Shown: in pieces, positions 39,473 to 50,152 of the stretch
How the letters are laid out: the number at the start of each line of letters is the position of its first letter
Numbering within the stretch: position 1 is the first letter of the stretch
Source: an uncultured Acidimicrobiales bacterium
Lineage (GTDB): Bacteria; Actinomycetota; Acidimicrobiia; Acidimicrobiales; VFJN01
Direction of reading: 5' to 3'
DNA length: 64,000 nucleotides
NCBI GenBank assembly: GCA_963739835.1
Contig: CAVUBW010000024.1
Span: 386,840-450,839, forward strand
Program-made: the position numbers and the translations under genes
The notes under the pieces: model-generated
What the model was told of the DNA's origin: nothing
The model's input: the letters and a program-made list of their open reading frames with translations, nothing else
Databases searched by the model: none

Positions 39473-39958
39473 GTGCGAATCACCCTGTCCGTCAACGGTG
39501 AGCAGCGCTCCGGCGAGGTCGAACCGCGCCGCCTGCTCGTCCACCACCTTCGCGACGACCTCGGGCTGACCGGGACCAACGTCGGCTGCGACACGTCGTC
39601 GTGCGGCGCCTGCACGGTCCTGCTCGACGGCGAGTCGGTGAAGTCGTGCACGGTGCTCGCGGTCCAGGCCGACGGGCACGAGGTGACCACAATCGAGGGC
39701 CTGGCCGCCACGGCGTCCGACAGGGGCGAGGACGGGTTCCACCCGATGCAGCGGGCGTTCCACGAGCAGCACGGGCTCCAGTGCGGGTTCTGCACGCCGG
39801 GCATGGTGATGGCGGCGGTGTCGCTGCTGGAGGAGCAGCCCCATCCCAGCGAGACGGACGTCCGGGTGGGCCTCGAGGGCAACCTCTGCCGCTGCACCGG
39901 CTACCACAACATCGTGCGGGCCGTACTCGCCGCCGCGGGCGAGGAGGTCCCGGCGTGA
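39473..39958 (+). CDS. coxS: (2Fe-2S)-binding small subunit (CoxS-like)
   Basis: Clean 161-aa ORF with both cluster motifs: [16 protein letters not shown] and [11 protein letters not shown]...[10 protein letters not shown]. Confidence 0.9.
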   Translation: MRITLSVNGEQRSGEVEPRRLLVHHLRDDLGLTGTNVGCDTSSCGACTVLLDGESVKSCTVLAVQADGHEVTTIEGLAATASDRGEDGFHPMQRAFHEQHGLQCGFCTPGMVMAAVSLLEEQPHPSETDVRVGLEGNLCRCTGYHNIVRAVLAAAGEEVPA

Positions 39959-42355
39959 CCGCCGTCGAGAGCCCCCCGACCTCCGCCATGGGCCAACGGA
40001 TGCTGCGCAAGGAGGACGCCCGGCTGCTCACCGGCGAGGCGCGGTTCGTCGACGACCTCCAGATCCCCGGCGCCCTGTGGCTGGGCATGGTCCGCAGCCC
40101 GTTCGCCCATGCTCGGGTCGGCAGCATCGACGCCAGCGCGGCGCTGGAGATCGACGGCGTCCACCACGTGTTCACCGCCGCCGACCTGGAGGGCTCGTGG
40201 GCGGGCCCCATGCCCTGCGCCTGGCCGGTGACCGAGGACATGAAGGCCCCCGAGCACTTCCCGCTGGCCCAGGACAAGGTCCACTACGCCGGCGAGATCG
40301 TGGCCGTGGTGGTGGCGGACACTCCGACGCTCGCCGCCGACGGCGCCGACGCGGTGGTCGTCGACTACGACGCGCTCGACGTCGTGGTCGACATCGAGGA
40401 CGCGGCCAGCGACCGGCTGGTCATCCACGACGAGCTGGGGACCAACCGCAGCTACACCTGGGCGCTGTCGCCCGACCCCGACGCGGTCGAGGCCGCGTTC
40501 GCGTCCGCCGCCCACGTCGTCGACGAGACCTACCTGCAGCAGCGGCTGATCCCCGCTGCGATGGAGCCCCGTGGCGTCGCCGTGGTCCCCGGCGTCTACG
40601 GGGGCGACATCACCATCTACTGCGCCACCCAGATCCCCCACATCCTCAAGGTGATGATGGCGCTCACCTGCGGCCTGCCCGAGCACAAGATCCGGGTCGT
40701 GGCCCCGTCGGTGGGCGGCGCGTTCGGGTCCAAGCTCGACGTGTACGCCGAGGACCTCCTGGCGGTGGCGCTGGCCCGCCGGTTGGGCGTGCCGATCCGC
40801 TGGAACGAGACCCGCAGCGAGAACGCGGTCGCCACGATCCAGGGCCGGGGCCAGGTCCAGAAGATGGAGCTGGCCGCCGACGCCGAGGGCAAGGTCACGG
40901 CCGTGCGGGCGACGCTCATCGCAGACATGGGCGGCTACCTGCAGCTCATGACCCCGGGCATCCCGCTGCTCGGCGCGTTCCTCTACCACGGCGTCTACGA
41001 CGTGCCCGCCTACCACTTCGAGTGCACGGGCGTGTTCACCAACCGCACGCCGACCGACGCCTACCGGGGCGCCGGCCGGCCCGAGGCCACCTACGCCCTG
41101 GAGCGGGCGATGGACGGCCTGGCCGCCAAGGTCGGCGTCGACCCGGCCGAGATCCGGCGGCGCAACTACATCCGGCCGGAGCAGTTCCCCTACGCGTCGG
41201 TTGCGGGCCTGACCTACGACTCGGGCAACTACGCCCCGACCCTGGACCGGGCGCTCGAGCTTGTCGGCTACGAGGACCTGCGGGCCGAGCAGCAGCGGCG
41301 CCGGGACGCGGGGGAGACCCGCCACCTCGGCATCGGCATCTCGACCTACGTCGAGATGTGCGGCCTGGCGCCCAGCCGGGTGCTCGGGTCGCTGCGCGTC
41401 GGCGCGGGCGGCTGGGAGGCGGCGACCGTGCGGGTCCTGCCCACCGGCATGGTCCAGGTCGTCACCGGCTCGACGCCGCACGGCCAGGGCCACGAGACGG
41501 CCTGGTCGCAGATCATCTCCGACAAGCTCGGCGTGGCACCGGAGATGGTCGAGGTCCTGCACTCGGACACCGCCATCAGCCCCATCGGCCTCGACACCTA
41601 CGGCAGCCGGTCGCTGCCGGTCGGCGGCGTGGCGGTGGCGATGGCCGGGGACAAGATCATCGCCAAGGCCAAGGTCATCGCCGCCCACGCACTGGAGTGC
41701 GCCGAGGACGACCTCGAGTTCGTCGACGGCTCGCTGCGGGTGCGGGGCACCCCCGCCAGGGCCATGACGCTGCAGGAGGTGGCGTTCTCCGCCTTCGCGG
41801 CCCACGACCTGCCCGAGGGCCTGGAGCCCAACCTGACGGCCGACATGAGCTACGACCCGCCGAACTTCGTGTTCCCGTTCGGCACCCACGTCGCGGTGGT
41901 CGAGATCGACGAGGAGACCGGCGATGTCCAGCTGGTCGACTACGCCGCGGTCGACGACTGCGGGCCCCAGGTCAACCCGATGATCGTCGAGGGCCAGCTG
42001 CACGGCGGCATCGTCCAGGGCGTGGCCCAGGCGCTGTGGGAGGAGGCGGTCTACGACGAGGACGGCAACCTCCGCAACGCCAGCCTGATGGATTACCACG
42101 TGCCGTCGGCGGCCGAGATGCCGAGCTTCAAGCTCGACCACACCGTGACGCCGAGCCCGTCCAACCCGCTCGGGGTCAAGGGCATCGGCGAGGCCGGCAC
42201 GATCGGCTCGGCGCCGGCGGTCATCAACGCGGTGGTCGACGCGCTGTCGCCGTTCGGCATCACCGACATCGCCATGCCGGCGACGCCCTACCGGGTGTGG
42301 TCGGCGATCCAGGACGCCCGACGAGCACCGGCGGGCGCGGGGGAGGGGAGCGTGA
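39955..42355 (+). CDS. coxL: form-II CO dehydrogenase-like large subunit (molybdopterin-binding); one extra base near 42318
   Basis: GTGA overlap with coxS. Clean for ~785 codons. The active-site loop reads AYRGAGR (41059-41079), not the AYxCSFR of bona fide form-I CODH. After removing one base the stop is TGA 42353-42355, overlapping the coxM GTG. Confidence 0.88.
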
Positions 42356-43193
42356 TCCCGGCACGCGTTCGACTACCAGCGGGCCGCGTCGGTCGACGAG
42401 GCGGTGCGGCCTGCTCGCCGAGCACGGCGACGACGCCAAGCTGCTCGCCGGCGGCCACTCGCTGCTGCCGCTGATGAAGCTGCGCCTGGCGGCCCCGCAG
42501 CGTGCTCGTCGACATCGGCCGGCTGCACGACCTCTCCTACGTCAGGACGGCCGGCGACGCAGCGTGTGCGCATCGGCGCGCTGACCCGTCACCACGACCT
42601 CGGCCACGTCCGACCTGCTCACGAGCAGGTGCCGCTGCTGGCCGCCGTCGGCGGCCCAGGTCGGCGACCCGCAGGTGCGCCATCGGGGCACGATCGGCGG
42701 CTCGGTCGCCCACGGCGACCCCGCCTCCGACCTGCCGGCGGCGCTGCTGGCGCTGCGGGCCACGTTCGTCGCCCGGGGCCCCGGGGGCGAGCGCGAGATC
42801 GCGGCCGACGACTTCTTCACCGGGTTCCTGGAGACCGCGCTCGGCCGCCGACGAGCTGCTCACCGAGATCCGGGTGCCGAAGCGCTGCCGGGCGTCGGCT
42901 GGGCGTTCGAGAAGTTCAACCGCCGGGCCCAGGACTGGGCGATCGTCGGCGTGGCGGCCGTGCTGACCAACAGCGACGCCGGCCCCGGCGTCGGCCTGGT
43001 CAACATGGGCTCCCAGCCGCTGCGGGCGGCCGGGACCGAGGACGCCCTGCGGTCGGGGTCGTCGGTCGGCGACGCCGCGGCCCGGGCCGACGAGGGCACG
43101 GAGCCCCCGGACGACCTCAACGCCTCGCCCGACTACCGCCGCCACCTGGCGCGGGTGCTCACCCGCCGGGCACTCGAGACTGCGGGCGCCTGA
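42352..43193 (+). CDS. coxM: FAD-binding medium subunit (CoxM-like), several +1 extra bases
   Basis: VIPA.FDYQRAASVDEAV..LLAEHGDDAKLLAGGHSLLPLMKLRLAAP..VLVDIGRL...VRHRGTIGGSVAHGDPASDLPAALLAL...FEKFNRRAQDWAIVGVAA...ASPDYRRHLARVLTRRAL. Confidence 0.85.
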
Positions 43194-43217
43194 GCATCTC
43201 CCCGTAGGCTCTTGCCC

Positions 43218-44150
43218 ATGACAGCACCGCCGGTCGCCGACGTCGCCGCCGTCGTCGACGGCTTGGCCGCGCACGACTACCTCGCCGACGAGGGCCTCGC
43301 CACCGCGATCTTCCTCGCGCTCCGGCTCGCAGCGCCCGCTGCTGCTCGAGGGCGAGGCCGGCGTCGGCAAGACCGAGGTCGCCAAGGTGCTGGCGCGCTG
43401 GACCGGCGGCGAGCTGGTCCGGCTGCAGTGCTACGAGGGCATCGACGCCGCCCAGGCGCGTGTACGAGTGGGACTACTCCCGCCAGCTCCTGCACCTGCG
43501 GGCGGCCGAGGCCGCCGGGCGGGCCGCCCAGGCCGGCACCGAGGCGCTCGAGGACGAGCTGTACTCCGAGCGGTTCCTCGTGCGCCGGCCGCTGCTCGCG
43601 GGCGCTCGTCCACGCCCGACGGCGAGCCGCCCCCGGTGCTGCTCATCGACGAGGTCGACCGGGCCGACGACGAGTTCGAGGCGTTCCTGCTCGAGATCCT
43701 GTCCGACTACGCGATCACGATCCCCGAGCTCGGCACGTTCCGCGCCGACGGTGCCGCCGATCGTCGTGCTCACGTCGAACCGCACCCGCGACGTGCACGA
43801 CGCGCTGAAGCGCCGCTGCCTCTACCACTGGGTCGAGCACCCCGACTTCGAGCGCGAGGTCGCGATCGTGCGGCTGCGCGCGCCCGAGGTCGCGCCGAGA
43901 GCTCGCCCGCGCAGGTCGCCGGGCGGTGGCCGAGACGTCCGCGACGCTCGAGCTCTACAAGCCGCCGGGCGTCGCCGAGACGATCGACTGGGCGCAGGCG
44001 CTGGCGACGCTCGGGCCGCTCGACGCTCGACCGGCGGCCGCGTCGCGCCACGCTCGGCACGGTCCTGAAGTACCGCGAGGACCAGGAGCGCGTGCGCGAC
44101 GCACGGCCTCGAGCCGCTCGTGCGGCGCGGCGGTGGCCCGCAGTGCCTGA
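43218..44150 (+). CDS. MoxR-family AAA+ ATPase (CoxD-like), several +1 extra bases
   Basis: ...PLLLEGEAGVGKTEVAKVLARWTGGELVRLQCYEGID...YEWDYSRQLL...VLLIDEVDRADDEFEAFLLEILSDYAITIPELG...VVLTSNRTRDVHDALKRRCLYHWVEHPDFERE... Confidence 0.82.
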
Positions 44151-44164
44151 CGCCGCCGACGGCC

Positions 44165-45293
44165 GTGCCCGACCGTCGCCGTCGCGTTCGCCCGCGTGCT
44201 GCGCGGCGCGGGCCTCGACGTGCCGGTCGGCGTCGACGGTCGTCGTTCGCCGCGCGCGCTCGCCGCCGTCGGCGCTCGACCGGCGCGCCGGCGTCTACTG
44301 GGCCGGCCGGGCGACGCTGGTGCGCCGGCCCGAGGACATCGCCGCCTACGACCGCGCCTTCGCCGCGGTCTTCTGGGCGGCCGGGCCGCCGTGGCGACGC
44401 CCGTGGTCGGCGACGCCGGTCCAGGTCGTGCTCGACGCTGGCCGACGACGACCCGGTCGCCGGCGCCGACGGCGCCGACCCCGAGCCGCCCGGCGACGAG
44501 GATCTCGCGGGCGCTGCGGTGGAGCGCCACCGAGGTGCTGCGCCACCAGGACTTCGCCACCTACACGCCCGCCGAGCTCGCCGAGGCGCGCCGGCTGATG
44601 GCCGACCTGCGGCTCGCCGGCGCGCTGCGCCGCTCGCCGGCGCCGGCGCCGCGCCAGCGCCGGCCGCGGGGCCGCCCGACCTGCGGCGCACGGTCCGCCG
44701 GTCGCTGCGCACCGGCGGCGAGCCGATCGCCCGGGCGTTCGACCGAGCCCGGCGAGCGGCCCCGCCGGCTCGTGCTGCTGCTGCGACGTCAGCGGGTCGA
44801 TGGAGCCCTACGCCCGGGCGCTGCTCCGGTTCGTGCCACGCGGCGGTCGTCGGGCGCCGGCCAGGTCGAGGCGTTCGCGCTCGGCACCCGCCTCACGCGG
44901 CATCACCCGCGAGCTGTCGACCCGCGATCCCGACGCGGCGCTGCGCCAGGCGGCGCGACGCGGTCGCCGACTGGTCCGGCGGCACCCGGCTCGGCGAGGG
45001 GCTGCGGCGCGTTCAACGACCAGCTGGGGCGTGCGCGGCATGGCCCGCGGCGCGGTCGTCGTGATCCTCTCCGACGGCTGGGACCGCGGCGACCCCGACG
45101 TGCTCGGCCGAGCAGATGGCCCGGCTCGCACCGGGTCGCCCACCGCGTCGTCTGGGTCAACCCGCTGAAGGCGACGCCCGGCTACGCGCCGCTCGCCCGG
45201 GGCATGGCCGCGGCGCTGCCGTACGTCGACGAGTTCGTCGAGGGCCACTCGCTGGCGTCGCTCGAGGCGCTGGCCGAGGTGATCGGGCGATGA
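44165..45293 (+). CDS. VWA-domain protein (CoxE-like), many +1 extra bases
   Basis: ...FARVLRGAGLDVPVG...GVYWAGRATLVRRPEDIAAYDRAF...LRHQDFATYTPAELAEARRLM...LVLLLDVSGSMEPYARALLRF...FALGTRLTR...VVILSDGWDRGDP...VVWVNPLKATPGYAPLARGMAAALPYVDEFVEGHSLASLEAL. Confidence 0.8.
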
Positions 45294-45315
45294 CGACGAT
45301 CGGAGGCCGTGCTCG

Positions 45316-46445
45316 ATGAAGGAGATCGCTCGACGACATCGACCGCTGGCGCGCCGCGGGCGCACCGCGGTCGCGGTCGCCCGCGTCGTCGACCTCGACG
45401 GCTCGGGCCCGCGGCTGCCCGGCGCGGCGATGGCCGTGAGCGAGCGCGGCGAGGTCGCCGGCTCGGTGTCGGGCGGCTGCGTCGAGGGCGCGGTCGTCAC
45501 CGAGGCGCTCGAGGTGCTGCGAGACCGGCGAGCGCGGCGATCGTCACGTTCGGCTACTCGCGACGACGAGGCGTTCGCCGTCGGGCTCACCTGCGGCGGC
45601 ACCATCCACCTCTTCGTCGAGCCGCTCGACTGGTGAGCCGGTCGGCGACCGCTCTACGACGACGCTGCGCGGCCGCGCATCCGGCGCCGAGCGAGCCGGT
45701 CGCGCTCGCGACCGTGATCGACGGGCCCGGCGTCGGCGCCAAGCTGCTCGTGCGGCCCGACGGCGAGCCGCGTCGGCACGCTCGGCGACCCCGACCTCGA
45801 CCGCGTCGTCGCCCGCGACGCCCTCGGCGAGCTCGAGGCCGGGCTCGACCGCGGTGCGCCACTACGGCGCCCACGGCGAGGCCCGCGAGGCGGCCGTGGC
45901 GGTGTTCATCGAGTCGTTCGCGCCGCCGCCGCGGATGCTGATCTTCGGCGCCGTCGACTTCACCGCCGCGCTGGCCAAGGTGGCGCAAGGTGCTCGGCTA
46001 CCGCGTCACCGTGTGCGACGCCCGCGAGGTGTTCGCCACCCGGGCGCGCTTCCCGATGGCCGACGAGGTCGTCGTCGACTGGCCCGACCGGCTGCTGCGA
46101 CGCGGTCGGCGCCACGCTCGGCGCCGCGCGACGCGGTCTGCGTGCTCACCCACGACCCCAAGTTCGACGTGCCGGCGATCGTCGGCGCGCTGCGCGACCG
46201 ACGTCGGCTACCTCGGCGCGATGGGCAGCCGCCGCACCCACGCCGACCGGGTCGAGCGCCTGCGCGAGGCGGGCGTCGACCGACGACGGGCCTCGCCCGG
46301 GTCATGGCGCCGATCGGGCTCGACCTCGGCGCCCGCACGCCCGAGGAGACGGCGGTCGTCGATCTGCGCCGAGATCATCGCCCAGCGCACGGGCCGGGCC
46401 AATGCCATGTCGCTGCGCGACGCCGACGGGCCGATCCACGCGTAA
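45316..46445 (+). CDS. XdhC/CoxI-family molybdenum cofactor insertion chaperone, many +1 extra bases
   Basis: ...AVAVARVVDLDGSGPRLPGAAMAVSERGEVAGSVSGGCVEGAVV...AVGLTCGGTIHLFVEP...PVALATVIDGPGVGAKLLV...PPPRMLIFGAVDFTAALAKVA..LGYRVTVCDAR...THDPKFDVPAI...YLGAMGSRRTHADRVERL...APIGLDLGARTPEE. Confidence 0.8.
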
Positions 46446-46454
46446 CCTCGACGG

Positions 46455-47030
46455 ATGACCACCGCCGCGATCGTGCTCGCCGCCGGCGGGGGGTCCCGCT
46501 ACCGGGCCTCCGGGGGCGACAGCCACAAGCTGCTGGCGCAGTACCTGGGCCGCACGGTGGTCGAGTGGTCGATCGAGGCGGCGGCGTCCGCCAACCTCGA
46601 CGCCACGTACGTGGTCCGGGGCGCGACCGACCTGCCGGTCCCGCCGCTGGCGGCTGAGGCGGTCCGCTTCGTCCGCAACGACCGCTGGCAGGAGGGCATC
46701 GCCACATCACTGCAGGCCGGCATCACCCGGGCCCGGCGGGACGGGCACGCGGCGGTGGTGGTCGGCCTCGGCGACCAGCCCCTGGTGCAGACCGAGGCGT
46801 GGCGCCGGGTGGCGGCGACGTCGCGGACGCCGCTGGCCGTGGCGACCTACGACGGCGTGCGGGGCAACCCCGTCCGGCTGTCGTCGCTGGTGTGGCCGCT
46901 GCTGCCCACGCGAGGCGACGAGGGTGCGAAGGTCGTGATGCGGCGGCGGCCCGACCTGGTGGTGGAAGTACCGTGTCCTGGACGTTCCGCCGACATCGAT
47001 ACGGTGGACGACCTCCGCGAGTGGAGCTGA
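46455..47030 (+). CDS. MobA/MocA-like nucleotidyltransferase (molybdenum cofactor cytidylyl/guanylyl-transferase family)
   Basis: Clean 191-aa ORF MTTAAIVLAAGGGSRYR...KLLAQYLGRTVVEWSIEAA...VVVGLGDQPLV... Confidence 0.75.
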   Translation: MTTAAIVLAAGGGSRYRASGGDSHKLLAQYLGRTVVEWSIEAAASANLDATYVVRGATDLPVPPLAAEAVRFVRNDRWQEGIATSLQAGITRARRDGHAAVVVGLGDQPLVQTEAWRRVAATSRTPLAVATYDGVRGNPVRLSSLVWPLLPTRGDEGAKVVMRRRPDLVVEVPCPGRSADIDTVDDLREWS

Positions 47031-47042
47031 CTTCCCGAGGGG

Positions 47043-47849
47043 ATGGCGATGGAGCTGACCAACGAGTTCACGGTGGGCGTACCGGTCGAGCGCGCCTGGG
47101 AGGTCCTGACCGACGTCGAGCTGATCGCCCCGTGCATGCCGGGCGCCCAGCTCCAGGAGATCGAGGGCGACGAGTACCGCGGCATCGTCAAGATCAAGGT
47201 CGGCCCGATCACGGCCCAATACAAGGGCGCGGCCCGGTTCGTCGAGCGTGACGATGCAGTCCACCGGGCGGTCCTGCGCGCCGAGGGCCGCGACACGAGG
47301 GGCCAGGGCAACGCCAGCGCCACGATCACGATGACCCCTCGGCGGCGGCGAGTCGTCGACGGCGGCCCAGGTGGTCACCGACCTGACGATCACGGGCCGG
47401 GTCGCCCAGTTCGGCCGGGGCGTGCTCGGCGACGTGAGCAGCAAGCTGCTCGGCCAGTTCGTGGACTGCCTGGAATCCAAGCTGCCGTCCGACCAGGCGG
47501 CGGCAGAGCCGGCCGCCGCGCCGGTGCCGACCGAGCCGCCCGCGGAACCGGCGGCGCCCGTGCAGGGCCACGGCCCGCTGGACATCGCGTCGGAGGGCGC
47601 GGCGGCCACGCGACCCTCGAGGACGCCGCCGCGGCCGGCGCCGAGTCGGCCCGCCTCGACGGCACGTCCGGCCCGGCGATCCGCGTGGTCGACGGCCCGG
47701 AGGCCCAACCGGTCGACCTGGTCGAGGCCGCAGGCGCCCCGATCGCCAAGCGCGTGGCCCCGGCGGTCATCGGACTCACGTTCCTCTGGCTGCTCAGCAT
47801 CTTCGTCCGGCGCCGCCGCCGCTCCCGCCGCAACCGCCGGGCGGGCTGA
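47043..47849 (+). CDS. coxG: CoxG-like SRPBCC protein with C-terminal membrane anchor; three extra bases
   Basis: MAMELTNEFTVGVPVERAWEVLTDVELIAPCMPGAQLQEIEGDEYRGIVKIKVGPITAQYKG... then VVTDLTITGRVAQFGRGVLGDVSSKLLGQFVDCLESKL... then ...VIGLTFLWLLSIFVRRRRR. Confidence 0.8.
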   Translation: MAMELTNEFTVGVPVERAWEVLTDVELIAPCMPGAQLQEIEGDEYRGIVKIKVGPITAQYKGAARFVERDDAVHRAVLRAEGRDTRGQGNASATITMTPRRRRVVDGGPGGHRPDDHGPGRPVRPGRARRREQQAARPVRGLPGIQAAVRPGGGRAGRRAGADRAARGTGGARAGPRPAGHRVGGRGGHATLEDAAAAGAESARLDGTSGPAIRVVDGPEAQPVDLVEAAGAPIAKRVAPAVIGLTFLWLLSIFVRRRRRSRRNRRAG

Positions 47850-48053
47850 GGCCCGACCGCCACCGCGGTCGTCGCCGCACGGCATGCGCCTCCGCGGGGA
47901 GTGGGCCGCGGCTGTCCTCGACTCGGGATCGGCCGGCCAGAGCGCTCGGACGGTCGCCAAGGCGCAGTCGCTCCGTCGTCGGTTCACCGATCACGGACGA
48001 TCGGTCCACGACTTCGACGAGCGCCTTCGGGCCACGCGGAACTAGTCGCTGCC

Positions 48054-48533
48054 ATGCCGAGGATCGCCGTGAGCGGCCACCGGGGGTTGCCTCCCGAGGC
48101 TGAGGAGCTGATCCGAGCCGTGCTGCGAGCGACCCTGACGCGGCAATCGCCGGAGGAGCTGGTCGGCGTCTCGTGCGTCGCCGACGGGGCGGACACGCTG
48201 TTCGCACAGGTCGTCCTGTCGTTGGGCGGACGACTCGAGGTCGTCGTGCCGGCCGACCAGTACAGGGACGGCCTGCCAGGCGGGCACCACGCCATGTACG
48301 ACCGCCTCGTTGCCGCCGCATCGGTCGTGCATCGCCTGCCGTTCCGCGAGTCGACGCCCGAGGCCCACATGGCCGCCTCGGAGCGGATGCTGGATCTCGC
48401 CGACGAGCTGGTCGCGGTCTGGGACGGGTTGCCCGCCCGGGGCTACGGCGGCACCGCCGACGTCGTCGCCGTCGCCCGTGATCGCGGCATGCCGGTGACG
48501 GTGGTTTGGCCCCCCGGCGCCCGACGCGACTGA
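48054..48533 (+). CDS. hypothetical Rossmann-like protein (SLOG/DprA-like pattern, family not certain)
   Basis: MPRIAVSGHRGLPPEAEELIRAVL...LVGVSCVADGADTLFAQVVLSLGGRLEVVVPADQY...LVAVWDGLPARGYGGTADVVAVARDRGMPVTVVWP. The longer track ORF from 47901 has a poor N-terminal extension. Confidence 0.55.
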   Translation: MPRIAVSGHRGLPPEAEELIRAVLRATLTRQSPEELVGVSCVADGADTLFAQVVLSLGGRLEVVVPADQYRDGLPGGHHAMYDRLVAAASVVHRLPFRESTPEAHMAASERMLDLADELVAVWDGLPARGYGGTADVVAVARDRGMPVTVVWPPGARRD

Positions 48534-48611
48534 CGGGATCAGTCCGATTGGGCCGCCACAGCACCCGCGGTCAGAGTTGTCCGTCCTGCCCGGACCACCG
48601 GGCGAGGCCAC

Positions 48612-48676
<65 letters not shown>

Positions 48677-48695
<19 letters not shown>

Positions 48696-49374
48696 CGAAC
48701 CCTGAGTACACGGCCACCGGCCCCGACCTGCGCTCTTCCGTCCGGGTGGTACGTGAGGTTCACGCCCAGCTCGTCGTAGATCGCGTGTTTGTCTGCGGGT
48801 CGGCGTCGGCTAGGACGCGACGATGTCTTTGGGCTGGCGCACGAGGGCCTTGATCTCGGCCGTCGTGAGCTTGCGGGTGGCCGGCTTGCGGCGGAGCTCA
48901 CGCTCGATCCGCCTGCGCTCCCGCTCGACCTCGGCGATCCAGGTGGCGACCACGGTGATGTTGGCGTCTTGTTCGAGGAGCTGCCGGTACCGGGCGAGCT
49001 TCGTGTTGCACTCCTTGAGCTGTCGGCGCAGGTCGAGTACGCGGCCCTCATCGTCCTCAGGCTCGAGGTCGCTGACCGCAGCCAAGGCCTCGCAAGTGCT
49101 GTCGAGGTGCTCGTCGTCGAACAGGCTGGCGATCCACGTGTCGACGCCGGCACGATCGCGGCCTCGCGGACGTAGACGGTCCTGGATGCTGGCCCTCAGC
49201 GACCGCGTACTCAGACGGGAACTTGCATCGGTAGTACGCCTGGCCGTGGTTCCATGATCCCTGCATCTTGCGACCGCACTGCGCGCAGCGGACCATGCCC
49301 GAAAGGACATAGGTGTTGCGGGTTTGCTCCGGCGGGACTTGGCCCGTTGCGCGGGCCGGGTGGGGCGCTGCCAC
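48677..49374 (-). pseudogene. large serine recombinase, C-terminal part only (zinc-ribbon and coiled-coil), at least four frame breaks, catalytic N-terminus missing
   Basis: ...NTYVLSGMVRCAQCGRKMQGSWNHGQAYYRCKF / RTVYVREAAIVPA / VDTWIASLFDDEHL...ARYRQLLEQDANITVVATWIAEVERERRRIERELR...KALVRQPKDIVAS / LADADP / ADKHAIYDELGVNLTYHPDG. The 3' end runs into the tRNA. The GAF-ANTAR gene stop at 49381 replaces where the resolvase domain should be. Confidence 0.75.
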
Positions 49375-49380
49375 GGGTGA

Positions 49381-50118
49381 TCAGGAGGAGTCGATGGTTC
49401 CTGCCTCCCAGGCCCTGGGATCGAGGGTGCCGTCGATCGCGGCCTGGGCGACGTCGGTCAAGTGACGATTGTGGTCCCGGGCGTATTTCCGGAGCCGGGA
49501 GAACGCTTCGGCCATGTCGATACCTGCCCGCTCGAACACCACCCCCTTGGCTTGCTCGATCACGATTCGGCTCGTCAATGCGTGGGTGAGTTGTTCGTTC
49601 ACGCGCTGCGACTCGGTGGCGGCTCGTTGTTGGAGGACCGCGATGGCCGCGAGGTCCGCGAACGCTCGGGCCACCAGCACGTCGGCCTCGTCCATCGGAG
49701 TCTCTTCGGTGCTCACCAGGTTGAGGGCGCCGATGGTCAGGTCGCGGAGGCGCAGAGGCACGGCGAACGCTGACTGGAAGCCCGCCTCGACTGCCACCGC
49801 GGCGAACCGCGGCCAGCGGCCGGTTCCGGCGCGGAGGTTCTCATGTTGGACGCGCTCGCCGGTGCGAAACGCATCCAGGCAGGGGCCTTCCCTCGCCTGC
49901 AGCTCGAACAGCTCCAAAACGCGCATTGCTTCTGACGATGAGGCAACGAGCCGCAGATCACCGCTCGGCGAGGCGAGCATCACGCCCGCGGCAGCGGCAC
50001 CGAGCAGATGCACGCACCGGTCGGCCAAGCCGGTCAACAGATCGACCACGTCGAAGTCGGCGGTGAGCGTGTCGGCCAGGTCGACGAGGGACTGCACAAC
50101 ATCGCCCTCGCGGGTCAT
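49381..50118 (-). CDS. GAF plus ANTAR domain RNA-binding regulator
   Basis: Clean 245-aa ORF: ...DRCVHLLGAAAAGVMLASPSGDLRLVASSSE...EGPCLDAF...FAVPLRLRDLTIGALNL (GAF), then ...LTHALTSRIVIEQAKGVVFERAGIDMAEAFSRLRKYARDHNRHLTDVAQAAI (ANTAR). Confidence 0.85.
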   Translation of the reverse strand: MTREGDVVQSLVDLADTLTADFDVVDLLTGLADRCVHLLGAAAAGVMLASPSGDLRLVASSSEAMRVLELFELQAREGPCLDAFRTGERVQHENLRAGTGRWPRFAAVAVEAGFQSAFAVPLRLRDLTIGALNLVSTEETPMDEADVLVARAFADLAAIAVLQQRAATESQRVNEQLTHALTSRIVIEQAKGVVFERAGIDMAEAFSRLRKYARDHNRHLTDVAQAAIDGTLDPRAWEAGTIDSS

Positions 50119-50152
50119 CTCGATCCTCCGTTCTCCGCGACGACGTGGGAGG

